DNA of 64,000 bases from Bacteroidia bacterium (GTDB lineage Bacteria > Bacteroidota > Bacteroidia > AKYH767-A > OLB10): the NCBI GenBank assembly GCA_038215705.1, contig JBBQQQ010000010.1:452-64451 (forward strand), in the 5' to 3' direction. Under the pieces are notes generated by a model, which was not told where the DNA came from, did not search any database, and saw nothing but the letters and a program-made list of their open reading frames with translations. Below are positions 19,129-27,255 of the stretch, piece after piece. How positions within the stretch are numbered: the first letter of the stretch is position 1; every line of letters starts with the position of its first letter. The translations under genes were made by a program, and so were the position numbers.

Positions 19129-19989
19129 TCATATTCTTTCTATCACCAATGCCCTGTAACTATGATTCATGATGGCCTGCCCTGAAGTCATGAATAATTT
19201 TTCATTTGGTATTTCTTCGCCGTTCATTTGTACGGTAACAAGGTTAGCGGTAAAATTTTCACGATCAAGTTGTTCTATCAACCGTGAAGTTAGCGACTCC
19301 GGGCTGTACACTCTCGAAAAATGTCCGCTGCCGGATCCGCCTGGAAGGGTAGCAGTTTTGTCGGTAATCCACTCGCCGGCCTCGTTCCATTGATTAAAAC
19401 CAGGGTCATCAGTTATTAATAAAGGAACTTCATTAACAAATATAGGAAGAATCACACATTTGCCTCCGGGCGTGAGTAAACGTTGCACTTCTTTCATGAA
19501 ATCAATATCAGCGTTTTCCCGGAAGTGTTCAATGGAATGATGGCAGGATATTTTGTGAACACTTTTGTTGTCTAAAGGAATGGCAGCACATGAAGAATCC
19601 AGGTATGTTACTTTGTCTCCATGAAAAGACTTTAATTTTTCTGATATCCGGATATCCTGAATAATTTTTTTTCTGCAATTAATTTTGGAAGCATAGGAAT
19701 ATTGTCCACCAGCGGCATCCATGTAAACATCTTCCGGATGAATGTCTAAAAGGAGGAAACTCACGTACAATTCCAGCATTTTTTTATGCATGGCGGTCTT
19801 AAATAATGCCACACCTTCAGGAAAATAGTCGTTTTGCCACTTTAAAAATTCATCCCTGTTAATCTCAAGAGGTATAACCGGGATAGCAATCCTGGTTTTT
19901 AGCTGTAAAGTCGGAAGGGGTATGGCTTTTTTATTGGCCACCTTGTTTTTAATAGTTTTTCCGGGCAGGAATTTGTTCAGCAGTCTCAT
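19129..19989 (-). CDS. Class I SAM-dependent methyltransferase-like protein
   Basis: YMDAAGG (degenerate motif I), IPLDNKSVHKISCHHSIEHF, EVQRLLTPGG; ATG at 19989 or TTG at 19998. Confidence 0.75.
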   Translation of the reverse strand: MRLLNKFLPGKTIKNKVANKKAIPLPTLQLKTRIAIPVIPLEINRDEFLKWQNDYFPEGVALFKTAMHKKMLELYVSFLLLDIHPEDVYMDAAGGQYSYASKINCRKKIIQDIRISEKLKSFHGDKVTYLDSSCAAIPLDNKSVHKISCHHSIEHFRENADIDFMKEVQRLLTPGGKCVILPIFVNEVPLLITDDPGFNQWNEAGEWITDKTATLPGGSGSGHFSRVYSPESLTSRLIEQLDRENFTANLVTVQMNGEEIPNEKLFMTSGQAIMNHSYRALVIERI

Positions 19990-20161
19990 TGAAAGCAAGT
20001 GGTTAAACCGGTCTAAAGATAGGCATATATCAAATATTCACCCATGACTGGTGCGTTTCATCGCCTGTTTATACCTGTTAAATCGCATCATTAACCCATA
20101 AAAACTATCAATTTATCAAGTTCCTGCCCACCCGGGCTTTAACCTGCTATAAATTGGCGGT

Positions 20162-20371
20162 ATGAGAAATGAAGAACTATTTGGCGTGGCCGTAACTCAG
20201 ATGTACGCCTGCCTCATCAAGAATGAAGTGCTGCTGAAGTACCCTAATTTCTTTTTTGAACGAGGAGTAATCCTCTATGATTACGATAACGAGACCTACG
20301 TATATAGCGGTTATTCAGAAGAAGAGCAAAAAATCCTAAAAGAAGCCGCTCGTAAAATCATGCGCAACTAA
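20162..20371 (+). CDS. Small unknown protein (69 aa), paralog of 25502-25711
   Basis: 40/69 identical residues, ungapped, with the second copy; mostly conservative substitutions. Confidence 0.85.
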   Translation: MRNEELFGVAVTQMYACLIKNEVLLKYPNFFFERGVILYDYDNETYVYSGYSEEEQKILKEAARKIMRN

Positions 20372-20483
20372 AAATCGCAATTATCCCTTTGCGCTCTGAG
20401 AGCCCTCTGCGTGAAAAAGAGTATCACTCCACGGAGCCTGAAAACCCTGTTTCAAAAAAGGAACCATGCGTGATTTTTAAAAT

Positions 20484-22160
20484 TTACCGTACCAGTGTTT
20501 TATATTTAATCCGGTGCGGACCGGTATCACCCAAACGTTTCTTTTTATTTTCTTCATACTCCGAGTAACCTCCTTCAAAGAAATAAACCTGGGAATCACC
20601 TTCAAACGCAAGCATGTGGGTACATACACGATCTAAAAACCACCGGTCGTGGGAAATGATCACAGCACATCCGGCAAAGTTTTCAAGCGCTTCTTCCAGA
20701 GCCCTAAGGGTATTGATATCAATGTCGTTGGTAGGTTCATCCAGCAGCAATACGTTTGCCTCCGACTTCAGCGTCATCGCAAGGTGTAAACGGTTTCGTT
20801 CACCACCCGACAAAACTCCTGCCTTCTTTCCCTGGTCAGCACCACTGAAATTGAATCGGCCTACATAAGCACGCGAATTTAATGCACGTCCTCCAAGGTC
20901 CATGAATTCATGACCTCCTGATATTACTTCCCACACAGTTTTGTTATTATCAATTCCATCATGTGACTGGTCAACATATCCCGTTACAACGGTCGGGCCT
21001 ATATGAATTTCTCCGGCATCCGGTTTTTCAACGCCCATCATCATTCTGAACAACGTGGTTTTACCGGCACCATTCGGACCGATGATACCAACAATGCCGG
21101 CAGGAGGGAGGCGGAAGCTGAGGTTTTCAAATAACAGTTTATCACCATACGATTTGGAAATTCCTTCGGCTTCTATAACCTCATTTCCCAAACGGGGACC
21201 ATTGGGAATAAAAATTTCCAGCCGCTCTTCCTTGGTCTTTACATCTTCACTCATCATTTTTTCGTAAGCTGCCAAACGGGCTTTGCTTTTTGCATGACGT
21301 GCCTTAGGAGCCATTCTGACCCATTCCAACTCGCGTTGTAATGTTTTCTGACGTTTTCCCTCGGTCTTTTCTTCCTGTGCCAGGCGTTTCGATTTCTGAT
21401 CGAGCCACGAAGAATAATTTCCCTGCCACGGAATGCCTTCACCACGATCCAGTTCAAGGATCCAACCGGCAACATTATCAAGAAAATAACGGTCGTGGGT
21501 TACGGCTATTACCGTTCCTTTATAGCGCTGTAAATGTTGCTCCAGCCAGTCTACCGATTCCGCATCCAGGTGATTGGTAGGCTCATCCAGCAGCAGGATA
21601 TCCGGCTCCTGCAAAAGCAGTCTGCACAATGCAAGCCGCCTGCGCTCTCCTCCCGATAAATTGACTACCGGTGTATCACCTTCCGGACAACGCAGCGCAT
21701 CCATTGCAATTTCAATACGGTTGTCAAGTTCCCAGGCTCCCTGCTGTTCAATTTTATCCATCAGCACACCCTGGCGTTCAATGAGCTTGTTCATTGCATC
21801 ATCACTCATGGGTTCTGAAAACTTGTTATTCACTTCCTCATATTCCTTCAACACATCCACAATTTCCTGAACGCCTTCCATAACCACTTCCTTTGCGGTT
21901 TTTGTGTTATCCAATTGTGGTTCCTGCGGAAGATAACCAACCGTGTAACCGGGGGAAAACACAACGTCTCCCTGGTACGATTTATCGAGACCGGCAATTA
22001 TCTTAAGCAGTGTTGATTTACCGGATCCGTTTAAACCCAGGATTCCGATTTTGGCACCGTAATAAAAGGAGAGGTAAATGTTTTTAAGTACTTGTTTTTG
22101 TGGAGGATAAATTTTGTTTACTCCAACCATCGAAAAAATTATTTTTTTATCGTCTGCCAT
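20484..22160 (-). CDS. ettA: Energy-dependent translational throttle ABC-F protein EttA
   Basis: Two ABC domains (GLNGSGKST, GPNGAGKTT), LKNIYLSFYYGAKIG, GEGIPWQGNYSSWL, RELEWVR. Confidence 0.95.
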   Translation of the reverse strand: MADDKKIIFSMVGVNKIYPPQKQVLKNIYLSFYYGAKIGILGLNGSGKSTLLKIIAGLDKSYQGDVVFSPGYTVGYLPQEPQLDNTKTAKEVVMEGVQEIVDVLKEYEEVNNKFSEPMSDDAMNKLIERQGVLMDKIEQQGAWELDNRIEIAMDALRCPEGDTPVVNLSGGERRRLALCRLLLQEPDILLLDEPTNHLDAESVDWLEQHLQRYKGTVIAVTHDRYFLDNVAGWILELDRGEGIPWQGNYSSWLDQKSKRLAQEEKTEGKRQKTLQRELEWVRMAPKARHAKSKARLAAYEKMMSEDVKTKEERLEIFIPNGPRLGNEVIEAEGISKSYGDKLLFENLSFRLPPAGIVGIIGPNGAGKTTLFRMMMGVEKPDAGEIHIGPTVVTGYVDQSHDGIDNNKTVWEVISGGHEFMDLGGRALNSRAYVGRFNFSGADQGKKAGVLSGGERNRLHLAMTLKSEANVLLLDEPTNDIDINTLRALEEALENFAGCAVIISHDRWFLDRVCTHMLAFEGDSQVYFFEGGYSEYEENKKKRLGDTGPHRIKYKTLVR

Positions 22161-22188
22161 AAGAAACTGTTTTTAGAATTCCGGAGTG

Positions 22189-22196
22189 CAAAGTTA
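22189..22196 (-). promoter_or_regulatory. Bacteroidota sigma-A -7 box for ettA
   Basis: TAACTTTG on the minus strand, ~30 bp upstream of ATG. Confidence 0.65.
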
Positions 22197-22215
22197 ATAA
22201 TTTGAACCATATTAC

Positions 22216-22241
22216 CCTGCGGGGTAGCCTCACCCCGCGGG
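22216..22241. repeat. GC-rich hairpin between divergent genes
   Basis: cctgcggggt-agcctc-accccgcggg, a 10-bp stem. Confidence 0.5.
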
Positions 22242-22310
22242 AATGCACATTATGTACTGTTTTTTACTCATTACTACACCCGGAAGCACCTGGGAGGGGT
22301 GTTTACGAAA

Positions 22311-22325
22311 TGGCATGTTTTTGAC
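22311..22325 (+). promoter_or_regulatory. sigma54-like -24/-12 motif
   Basis: TGGCATGTTTTTGAC(AGT); same TGGCAT-N5-TGACAGT as at 26900. Confidence 0.55.
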
Positions 22326-22360
22326 AGTCTGGTTACTGTATAACTATAAAAAAAACCATC

Positions 22361-22900
22361 ATGAAAAAATCAATTTTAATGATACTTGCAGCTTTCAGCG
22401 TAAGTATTACCGTTGCACAGAATAATCCTCCTGCAACCAATCCGGCAAGGGGTACCAATAACCCCGACCAACGTACACAGACCCAGTCAGGAACAACACC
22501 TCAAAGTTCCGATGTTCCAGGCACTATCAGCAAGCGATTCAGTACCGATTACCCTAACACCCAGTCAAACTGGTCACAGGTAGGTACGAATTACAGGGCA
22601 GAATATGCTGATACAGCATCCCGGTTAACCCGCGCAATAATTTATGATGTCAATGGTAATCCGGTAGGTAGTGAAAGTCAGTTGGGCAATAACGAATATC
22701 CACGCACTATCGGCGATTATTATTCAAAATCCTATCCGAATGAGAAGTATAATGTATGGTCAAGCCAGGATAATACGGGCAAACGCTCCTATTATATAAC
22801 CCGTGAATCCGATGTAATCTGGTTTGATGATAAAGGGAATTACCAGAACAAAACTCCCCGTACCATCAACAGAACAGATACCGGAAATTTTAACAGGTAA
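22361..22900 (+). CDS. Secreted PepSY-like (BLIP-like) domain protein
   Basis: Signal peptide; VP..I...F...YPN...W...Y.AEY and a second P..I..Y..K.YPN repeat. Confidence 0.7.
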   Translation: MKKSILMILAAFSVSITVAQNNPPATNPARGTNNPDQRTQTQSGTTPQSSDVPGTISKRFSTDYPNTQSNWSQVGTNYRAEYADTASRLTRAIIYDVNGNPVGSESQLGNNEYPRTIGDYYSKSYPNEKYNVWSSQDNTGKRSYYITRESDVIWFDDKGNYQNKTPRTINRTDTGNFNR

Positions 22901-22932
22901 TTATTTTTAATTTAATTATAAAATATAGTATA

Positions 22933-23256
22933 ATGAAAAATGTAATTTCAAAACTCCTTATCGCCGGTTCGCTTGTTCTCGGCCTGGGATTCATTGCGTG
23001 TGACAACAAAAATAATAATGATGAAAATGAACTTCCTGCTGAAACAGTAGGAACTCAGGACGGCGAAAATCAGCGCCTGGGTGGAACGGATGGTTCCGAT
23101 GGCATCGATAATGATGACATGTCAACAGGTTCCGGTACCGGAACAAACCCTGCAAATAATGCAGAGACTGGAAGAAATTCCGGTGGCGAGGTTGCTGATT
23201 CACTCAATTCGGTGACAGATACAACAAGAACAGGATCGGGAAATTATCCCCGGTAA
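22933..23256 (+). CDS. Low-complexity acidic/Gly-Thr-Asn-rich lipoprotein
   Basis: Lipobox FIA-C; hydrophilic disordered-looking remainder. Confidence 0.75.
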   Translation: MKNVISKLLIAGSLVLGLGFIACDNKNNNDENELPAETVGTQDGENQRLGGTDGSDGIDNDDMSTGSGTGTNPANNAETGRNSGGEVADSLNSVTDTTRTGSGNYPR

Positions 23257-23280
23257 CCTGCAGTTCAAACAGTGCAAATA

Positions 23281-23311
23281 AAAACGACCGGTTTATTAAG
23301 CCGGTCGTTTT
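23281..23311. terminator. Bidirectional intrinsic terminator
   Basis: aaaacgaccggttt-att-aagccggtcgtttt between convergent genes. Confidence 0.85.
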
Positions 23312-23360
23312 AGTTGCAATAAAGAAACAAAAATTTTAAAAATGTTTCCAAAAATTATCA

Positions 23361-23987
23361 CTAACGCTCTTCTTCCATTTCTTCCGAATACGAAGCATTT
23401 TGAGCATCACTCATTTCTTTTGCTTCATCATTTATATCGGAAGCTATTTCAGAAAGTAATTCATCGGTATTTTCTTCTTCATCAAGGGACCGACCTAAAA
23501 GGTCATGCAAATTGGAATAGCCTAAAACATCCGCCAGCTCACATAAGGAACCGTAGGCCGCAATTTCATAATGTTCAATTTTTTGCGAACCAATAATTAG
23601 TGCTGAATCCCGCACCGGACTCTCCTCGTACTCCTCAATAATTTTTTTGCCTTCCTCAATTAACCCTGCCATTGCTTCACAGGGTTCAATATCGGAAATG
23701 TCAATTTCAAAACGGTCAAAAACTTTTTCTAAACGTGAAACCTGTTTCAGCGTTTGTTCATAATGGAGTGTAAAGGCATTCTGCAATTCTTCATTTTGAG
23801 CTGCATCCGCCATTTCCGGTATTGCATCAAGCAATTGGACTTCTGCACTGTAAATATCTTTTAAATTGTCTTCCAGTAATTCATCCAGCGTCTTTTGCTT
23901 TTTACCGGCACTTGATTTTTTAGCGTACTGTGCTTTACTGCCTGATTTTTTTGCAGGGATCTCTGAAGTCCTGGATTTGGATGTCAT
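23361..23987 (-). CDS. Ferritin-like DUF892 (YciE/YciF family) stress protein with a basic N-terminal tail
   Basis: LKDIYSAE.QL, H..QT..QV.RLE, CEAM.GLIEE, QKIEHYEIAAYG, EE..TDELL. Confidence 0.92.
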   Translation of the reverse strand: MTSKSRTSEIPAKKSGSKAQYAKKSSAGKKQKTLDELLEDNLKDIYSAEVQLLDAIPEMADAAQNEELQNAFTLHYEQTLKQVSRLEKVFDRFEIDISDIEPCEAMAGLIEEGKKIIEEYEESPVRDSALIIGSQKIEHYEIAAYGSLCELADVLGYSNLHDLLGRSLDEEENTDELLSEIASDINDEAKEMSDAQNASYSEEMEEER

Positions 23988-24154
23988 AATTTTAGAATTT
24001 AATATGGTTTAAAATAGTTGTGTATAAAAACAGTAGTGACCTCTTGCTGACCAGGTTACTGGATCATGAGAATTTTATAGTCAGTAAGTTCATCAAACCT
24101 CGGAGGTGTTAATTATGATTACTGCTTGACCTTAGCTTTAGGTTTAAAAAATAT

Positions 24155-24169
24155 ACAAAAAATGTGCCC
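24155..24169 (-). promoter_or_regulatory. sigma54-like -24/-12 motif for the DUF892 gene leader
   Basis: GGGCACATTTTTTGT on the minus strand. Confidence 0.55.
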
Positions 24170-24226
24170 TACCACTCTGACTGGGGATTTGAAAGATTTA
24201 AGAAATTTTTTTGCGAATTTTATTCC

Positions 24227-24679
24227 TCACAAAAGCAATCTGCGAGAACTTTTTTGCACATTACCCGGATTAATTTTATTTTTTGTAAAAGAATCAGAAT
24301 AGGTTTTCAAAAGTTTAAATACAATGCTTTCATATTCCTGTAATGAATAAGGCTTTACCAGGTAGTCAGTGGCGCCTTTATTGATGCATTCATTTCGTTC
24401 TGATATTGAATTACTGGTACTGAAGATAATTACGTTTAAATTCCGGTAGATTGCGGAATTGCGTATTAATTTTAGTGCTTCCAGTCCTGACATGACCGGC
24501 ATATTTAAATCCATTAAAACAAAAAGTGGAAGTTCAGTGTAGTTTTTCAATGATGAAAGAAGTTCAAGACCATTGTTGCAGGTTATTATTTCATAACCAG
24601 ATTTGTGTTTATCAAAGGCTCCTTTAATAAAACCAAGATCATCAACATCATCATCTACCAGGTAAATGCGCTTCATCAT
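24227..24679 (-). CDS. Single-domain response regulator receiver
   Basis: LVDDDVDD, LMDLNMP, IFSTS, YLVKP. Confidence 0.9.
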   Translation of the reverse strand: MMKRIYLVDDDVDDLGFIKGAFDKHKSGYEIITCNNGLELLSSLKNYTELPLFVLMDLNMPVMSGLEALKLIRNSAIYRNLNVIIFSTSNSISERNECINKGATDYLVKPYSLQEYESIVFKLLKTYSDSFTKNKINPGNVQKSSRRLLL

Positions 24680-24786
24680 GGTATTTTCAATATGGTTTTT
24701 AAATGTATAACACCTTTTCCGAAATACCTAATATTCTCACCTGTTTATTTCCCTTACCAATTTTAATCCCGACTGACGAATCGAAT

Positions 24787-24801
24787 TGGCACATCTTTTG
24801 T
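24787..24801 (+). promoter_or_regulatory. sigma54-like -24/-12 motif
   Basis: TGGCACATCTTTTGT. Confidence 0.6.
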
Positions 24802-24944
24802 TTAGTATGAAGTGCTTAATTTCCAAGCAATTAAATTCACATTTCTGGAATGATCACCGGAAATTGAAATTGTTAATTTCTTTTTTTATTTGAGTAAATC
24901 ATAATCAAATTTTACAACTTACAAACCCCCCAAAATTACTCCCT

Positions 24945-25448
24945 ATGGAAAATGGCTTTATAAATGATATGTTTGGCAATGGTACCGATCTCACTGCACT
25001 TCAAATGGCAGCACGAACATTTATTGTTTTTGTTATCGGGCTCGTGCTGATCCGTATTTCCGGAAGACGGTCGTTTGGTATGCAGGTGGCGTTTGATAAT
25101 GTTTTGCTGATTTTACTGGGCGCCATACTCAGCCGCGCTGTTGTCGGAGCATCCCCGTTCATTCCAACTATTGCAGCTGCTGCCACCATTGCAATTCTCC
25201 ACCGGCTGACCGGGATGCTCGCTTATTACAGCAGTAAGTGGGGTAAGTATGTGAAGGGTGAATCGCTTCCAATTTATAAGGATGGGAAAGTTTACAGGAA
25301 GAATATGATGTATTGCATGGTTACGCAAAATGATTTAGAAGCCAGTGTAAGATTAGCAATGAACACCGATAGCATGGAGGGAGTCGAAGCCGTTTATATG
25401 GAACGCGAAGGGAGACTGAGCGTAGTTAAGAAAAAACAAACTGTATAA
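24945..25448 (+). CDS. DUF421 (YetF-like) membrane protein
   Basis: RISGRRSF...FD.VL.ILLGAILSRAV; C-terminal MEREGRLSVV. Confidence 0.88.
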   Translation: MENGFINDMFGNGTDLTALQMAARTFIVFVIGLVLIRISGRRSFGMQVAFDNVLLILLGAILSRAVVGASPFIPTIAAAATIAILHRLTGMLAYYSSKWGKYVKGESLPIYKDGKVYRKNMMYCMVTQNDLEASVRLAMNTDSMEGVEAVYMEREGRLSVVKKKQTV

Positions 25449-25456
25449 ATATTATA

Positions 25457-25471
25457 TGGCCTCTAATTTGT
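25457..25471 (+). promoter_or_regulatory. sigma54-like -24/-12 motif
   Basis: TGGCCTCTAATTTGT, 30 bp before the ATG at 25502. Confidence 0.5.
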
Positions 25472-25501
25472 ATTAAAGACAGATCATTAACATACGGAAT
25501 T

Positions 25502-25711
25502 ATGAAAATGGAAGAATTTTTGGGCTTGTGTATAACCAATACTTATGTTAGCCTTATTCGTAACGAGGTTAAACTTCGTTACCCTGATTTTTATTTTGAA
25601 AGAGGCGTAATTGTATATGATTATGAAAGCGAAATGTACGTGTATTCCGGATTTTCATCGGAAGAACAGCGGATATTGCGGGAAGCAGAGCGGGCCTTGC
25701 TTGCTAACTGA
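25502..25711 (+). CDS. Small unknown protein (69 aa), paralog of 20162-20371
   Basis: Shared LI.NEV.L.YP.F.FERGVI.YDY..E.YVYSG.S.EEQ.IL.EA. Confidence 0.85.
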   Translation: MKMEEFLGLCITNTYVSLIRNEVKLRYPDFYFERGVIVYDYESEMYVYSGFSSEEQRILREAERALLAN

Positions 25712-25719
25712 TGCTGTGA

Positions 25720-26832
25720 TCAGGCGCAGATCAGATTATTTATAATTACCATTTCATTCCTGACCTGATTCTTCAATATATCCAATAGCCATTTCTCTTC
25801 TGCTGAAAGCATTTCACTTTTCTTTGCAGGATATTCTTTACGTAAACCGGGAAGTTTATTGTTCTCAAACATTTCGAGGATAACCGGATGGATATAATAT
25901 TTTTTGCATACGGCGCGTGTATTTCCCAAACGTTCACTCACATGATCGACAATCGTATTGATGAGTTGTTTTTTACTGCCTTTCATTTCTCCTCGACTCA
26001 TTTCTTTAATTTTCCGTAAAGCATTTACCGAACCTGCCCAGGTTCTGAAATCTTTTGTTGTAAACTGATTTCCACCTAATGCCTGAATATAATTGTTCAC
26101 CATGCCCGAATCAATTTTTCTCCTCGATCCATCCTTAGCAATATATTGAAACAATTCTTTTCCCGGCATATCGCGGCATTGCTTCACCAATTGTGCAAGT
26201 TTTTTATTGCGGATGCTGATTTTATGAGAAACTCCTTTTTTACCGATGAAGAAAAAAGTAATAGTAGATCCATCCACCTGGACGTGCTTATTTTTTAGAG
26301 TAGTTAATCCGTGCGAGCCGTTAACTTTTTCATAATAATCACTGCCAACGCGTATGTACGTCTGCTCCATAACACTTAAAATAATTGCAATTACCTTGCT
26401 TTCGCTGATTTCTTTCTGAGAAATATCTTTCTCTAACTTTTTTCGGATCTGAGGAAGGGATTTCCCAAACTCCAGCATATTTGAAAATTTGGCCTGGTTG
26501 CGCAATGCATTCCAGTTGGGATGATACCGGTATTGCTTCCGGTTTTTTGTATCAATTCCCGTAGCCTGTAAATGGCCTTTGTCATCCGCACAGATCCAAA
26601 CGTTCTGCCAGGCCGGGGGAATTACCAGGGAGTAGATTCTTTTAAGCGTTGCTGCGTTCGTAACCAGCTTATTATCATGAAGATATATAAAATTCTTTCC
26701 CTTTTTTATACGTAGGATACCTGGCGTTGAATCACCGGTATAAACCAGGTTAACCGCCCTGGCACAGGCCTGCATGTTGTTGCTGAGTTTCGAAAGGGGA
26801 GGTAACTGTCGTGTTGATCGGATGGTTTGCAT
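25720..26832 (-). CDS. Bacterial DNA topoisomerase IB
   Basis: IPPAWQNVWIC...GHLQATG.D...RKQYRYH, IRVG, F.GKKG, KDFRTW, LGNTRAVCKKYYIHP. Confidence 0.95.
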   Translation of the reverse strand: MQTIRSTRQLPPLSKLSNNMQACARAVNLVYTGDSTPGILRIKKGKNFIYLHDNKLVTNAATLKRIYSLVIPPAWQNVWICADDKGHLQATGIDTKNRKQYRYHPNWNALRNQAKFSNMLEFGKSLPQIRKKLEKDISQKEISESKVIAIILSVMEQTYIRVGSDYYEKVNGSHGLTTLKNKHVQVDGSTITFFFIGKKGVSHKISIRNKKLAQLVKQCRDMPGKELFQYIAKDGSRRKIDSGMVNNYIQALGGNQFTTKDFRTWAGSVNALRKIKEMSRGEMKGSKKQLINTIVDHVSERLGNTRAVCKKYYIHPVILEMFENNKLPGLRKEYPAKKSEMLSAEEKWLLDILKNQVRNEMVIINNLICA

Positions 26833-26859
26833 AATCGGTAGGCATTTGCCGGAATCGTT

Positions 26860-26914
26860 AGAAACATCGTACCATTTAATTTTTTACAAATTTCCCGTTT
26901 GGCATAAAAATGAC
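26860..26914. promoter_or_regulatory. Back-to-back sigma54-like motifs for TopIB (-) and the DUF6496-like gene (+)
   Basis: TGGTACGATGTTTCT (minus, 26860-26874) and TGGCATAAAAATGAC (plus, 26900-26914). Confidence 0.55.
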
Positions 26915-26950
26915 AGTATTCAGTAACAGTCTTAATAGAAACACATAATT

Positions 26951-27130
26951 ATGGCAAAGAATTCAGCAAAAGCCCGGGAGAAAGTGGGTGAGGTTATGGA
27001 AGAATTTAAGAAAGGAAAACTGAAAAGCAGCAGCGGTGATAAGGTTACCACTCGTAAACAAGCTATCGCTATCGGTTTAAGTGAAGCCCGTGAAAAAGGG
27101 TATAAGGCTCCGAAAAAAAAGAGTAAGTAG
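26951..27130 (+). CDS. Small basic DUF6496-like protein (59 aa), absent from the ORF track
   Basis: MAKNSAKAREKVGEVMEEFKKGKLKSSSGDKVTTRKQAIAIGLSEAREKGYKAPKKKSK*; KV..VM.EFK.G.L.S...KV..RKQAIAIGLSEAR signature. Confidence 0.88.
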   Translation: MAKNSAKAREKVGEVMEEFKKGKLKSSSGDKVTTRKQAIAIGLSEAREKGYKAPKKKSK

Positions 27131-27164
27131 AAAAGAGGTAATTGATAAATTATAATCAAATGAT

Positions 27165-27217
27165 CCCTTCTCCTTTGGAGAGGTTGGGTGAGGCTGACCC
27201 CTTCTCCTTTGGAGAGG
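27165..27217. repeat. REP-like element, two copies of CCCTTCTCCTTTGGAGAGG
   Basis: cccttctcctttggagaggttgggtgagg-ctga-ccccttctcctttggagagg; CTCC-TTT-GGAG hairpin core. Confidence 0.75.
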
Positions 27218-27255
27218 TAATGTAAGCTGTCCACTTATTTGTTTACTTTTGCCTC

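Noticed and set aside
25720-26832. TopIB as a phage integrase or viral insertion
   Set aside because: Motifs are those of bacterial TopIB; no att sites, phage genes or compositional break were seen
26932-27234. 100-aa minus-strand ORF in the track
   Set aside because: Antisense shadow of the DUF6496-like gene; it also runs through a REP element
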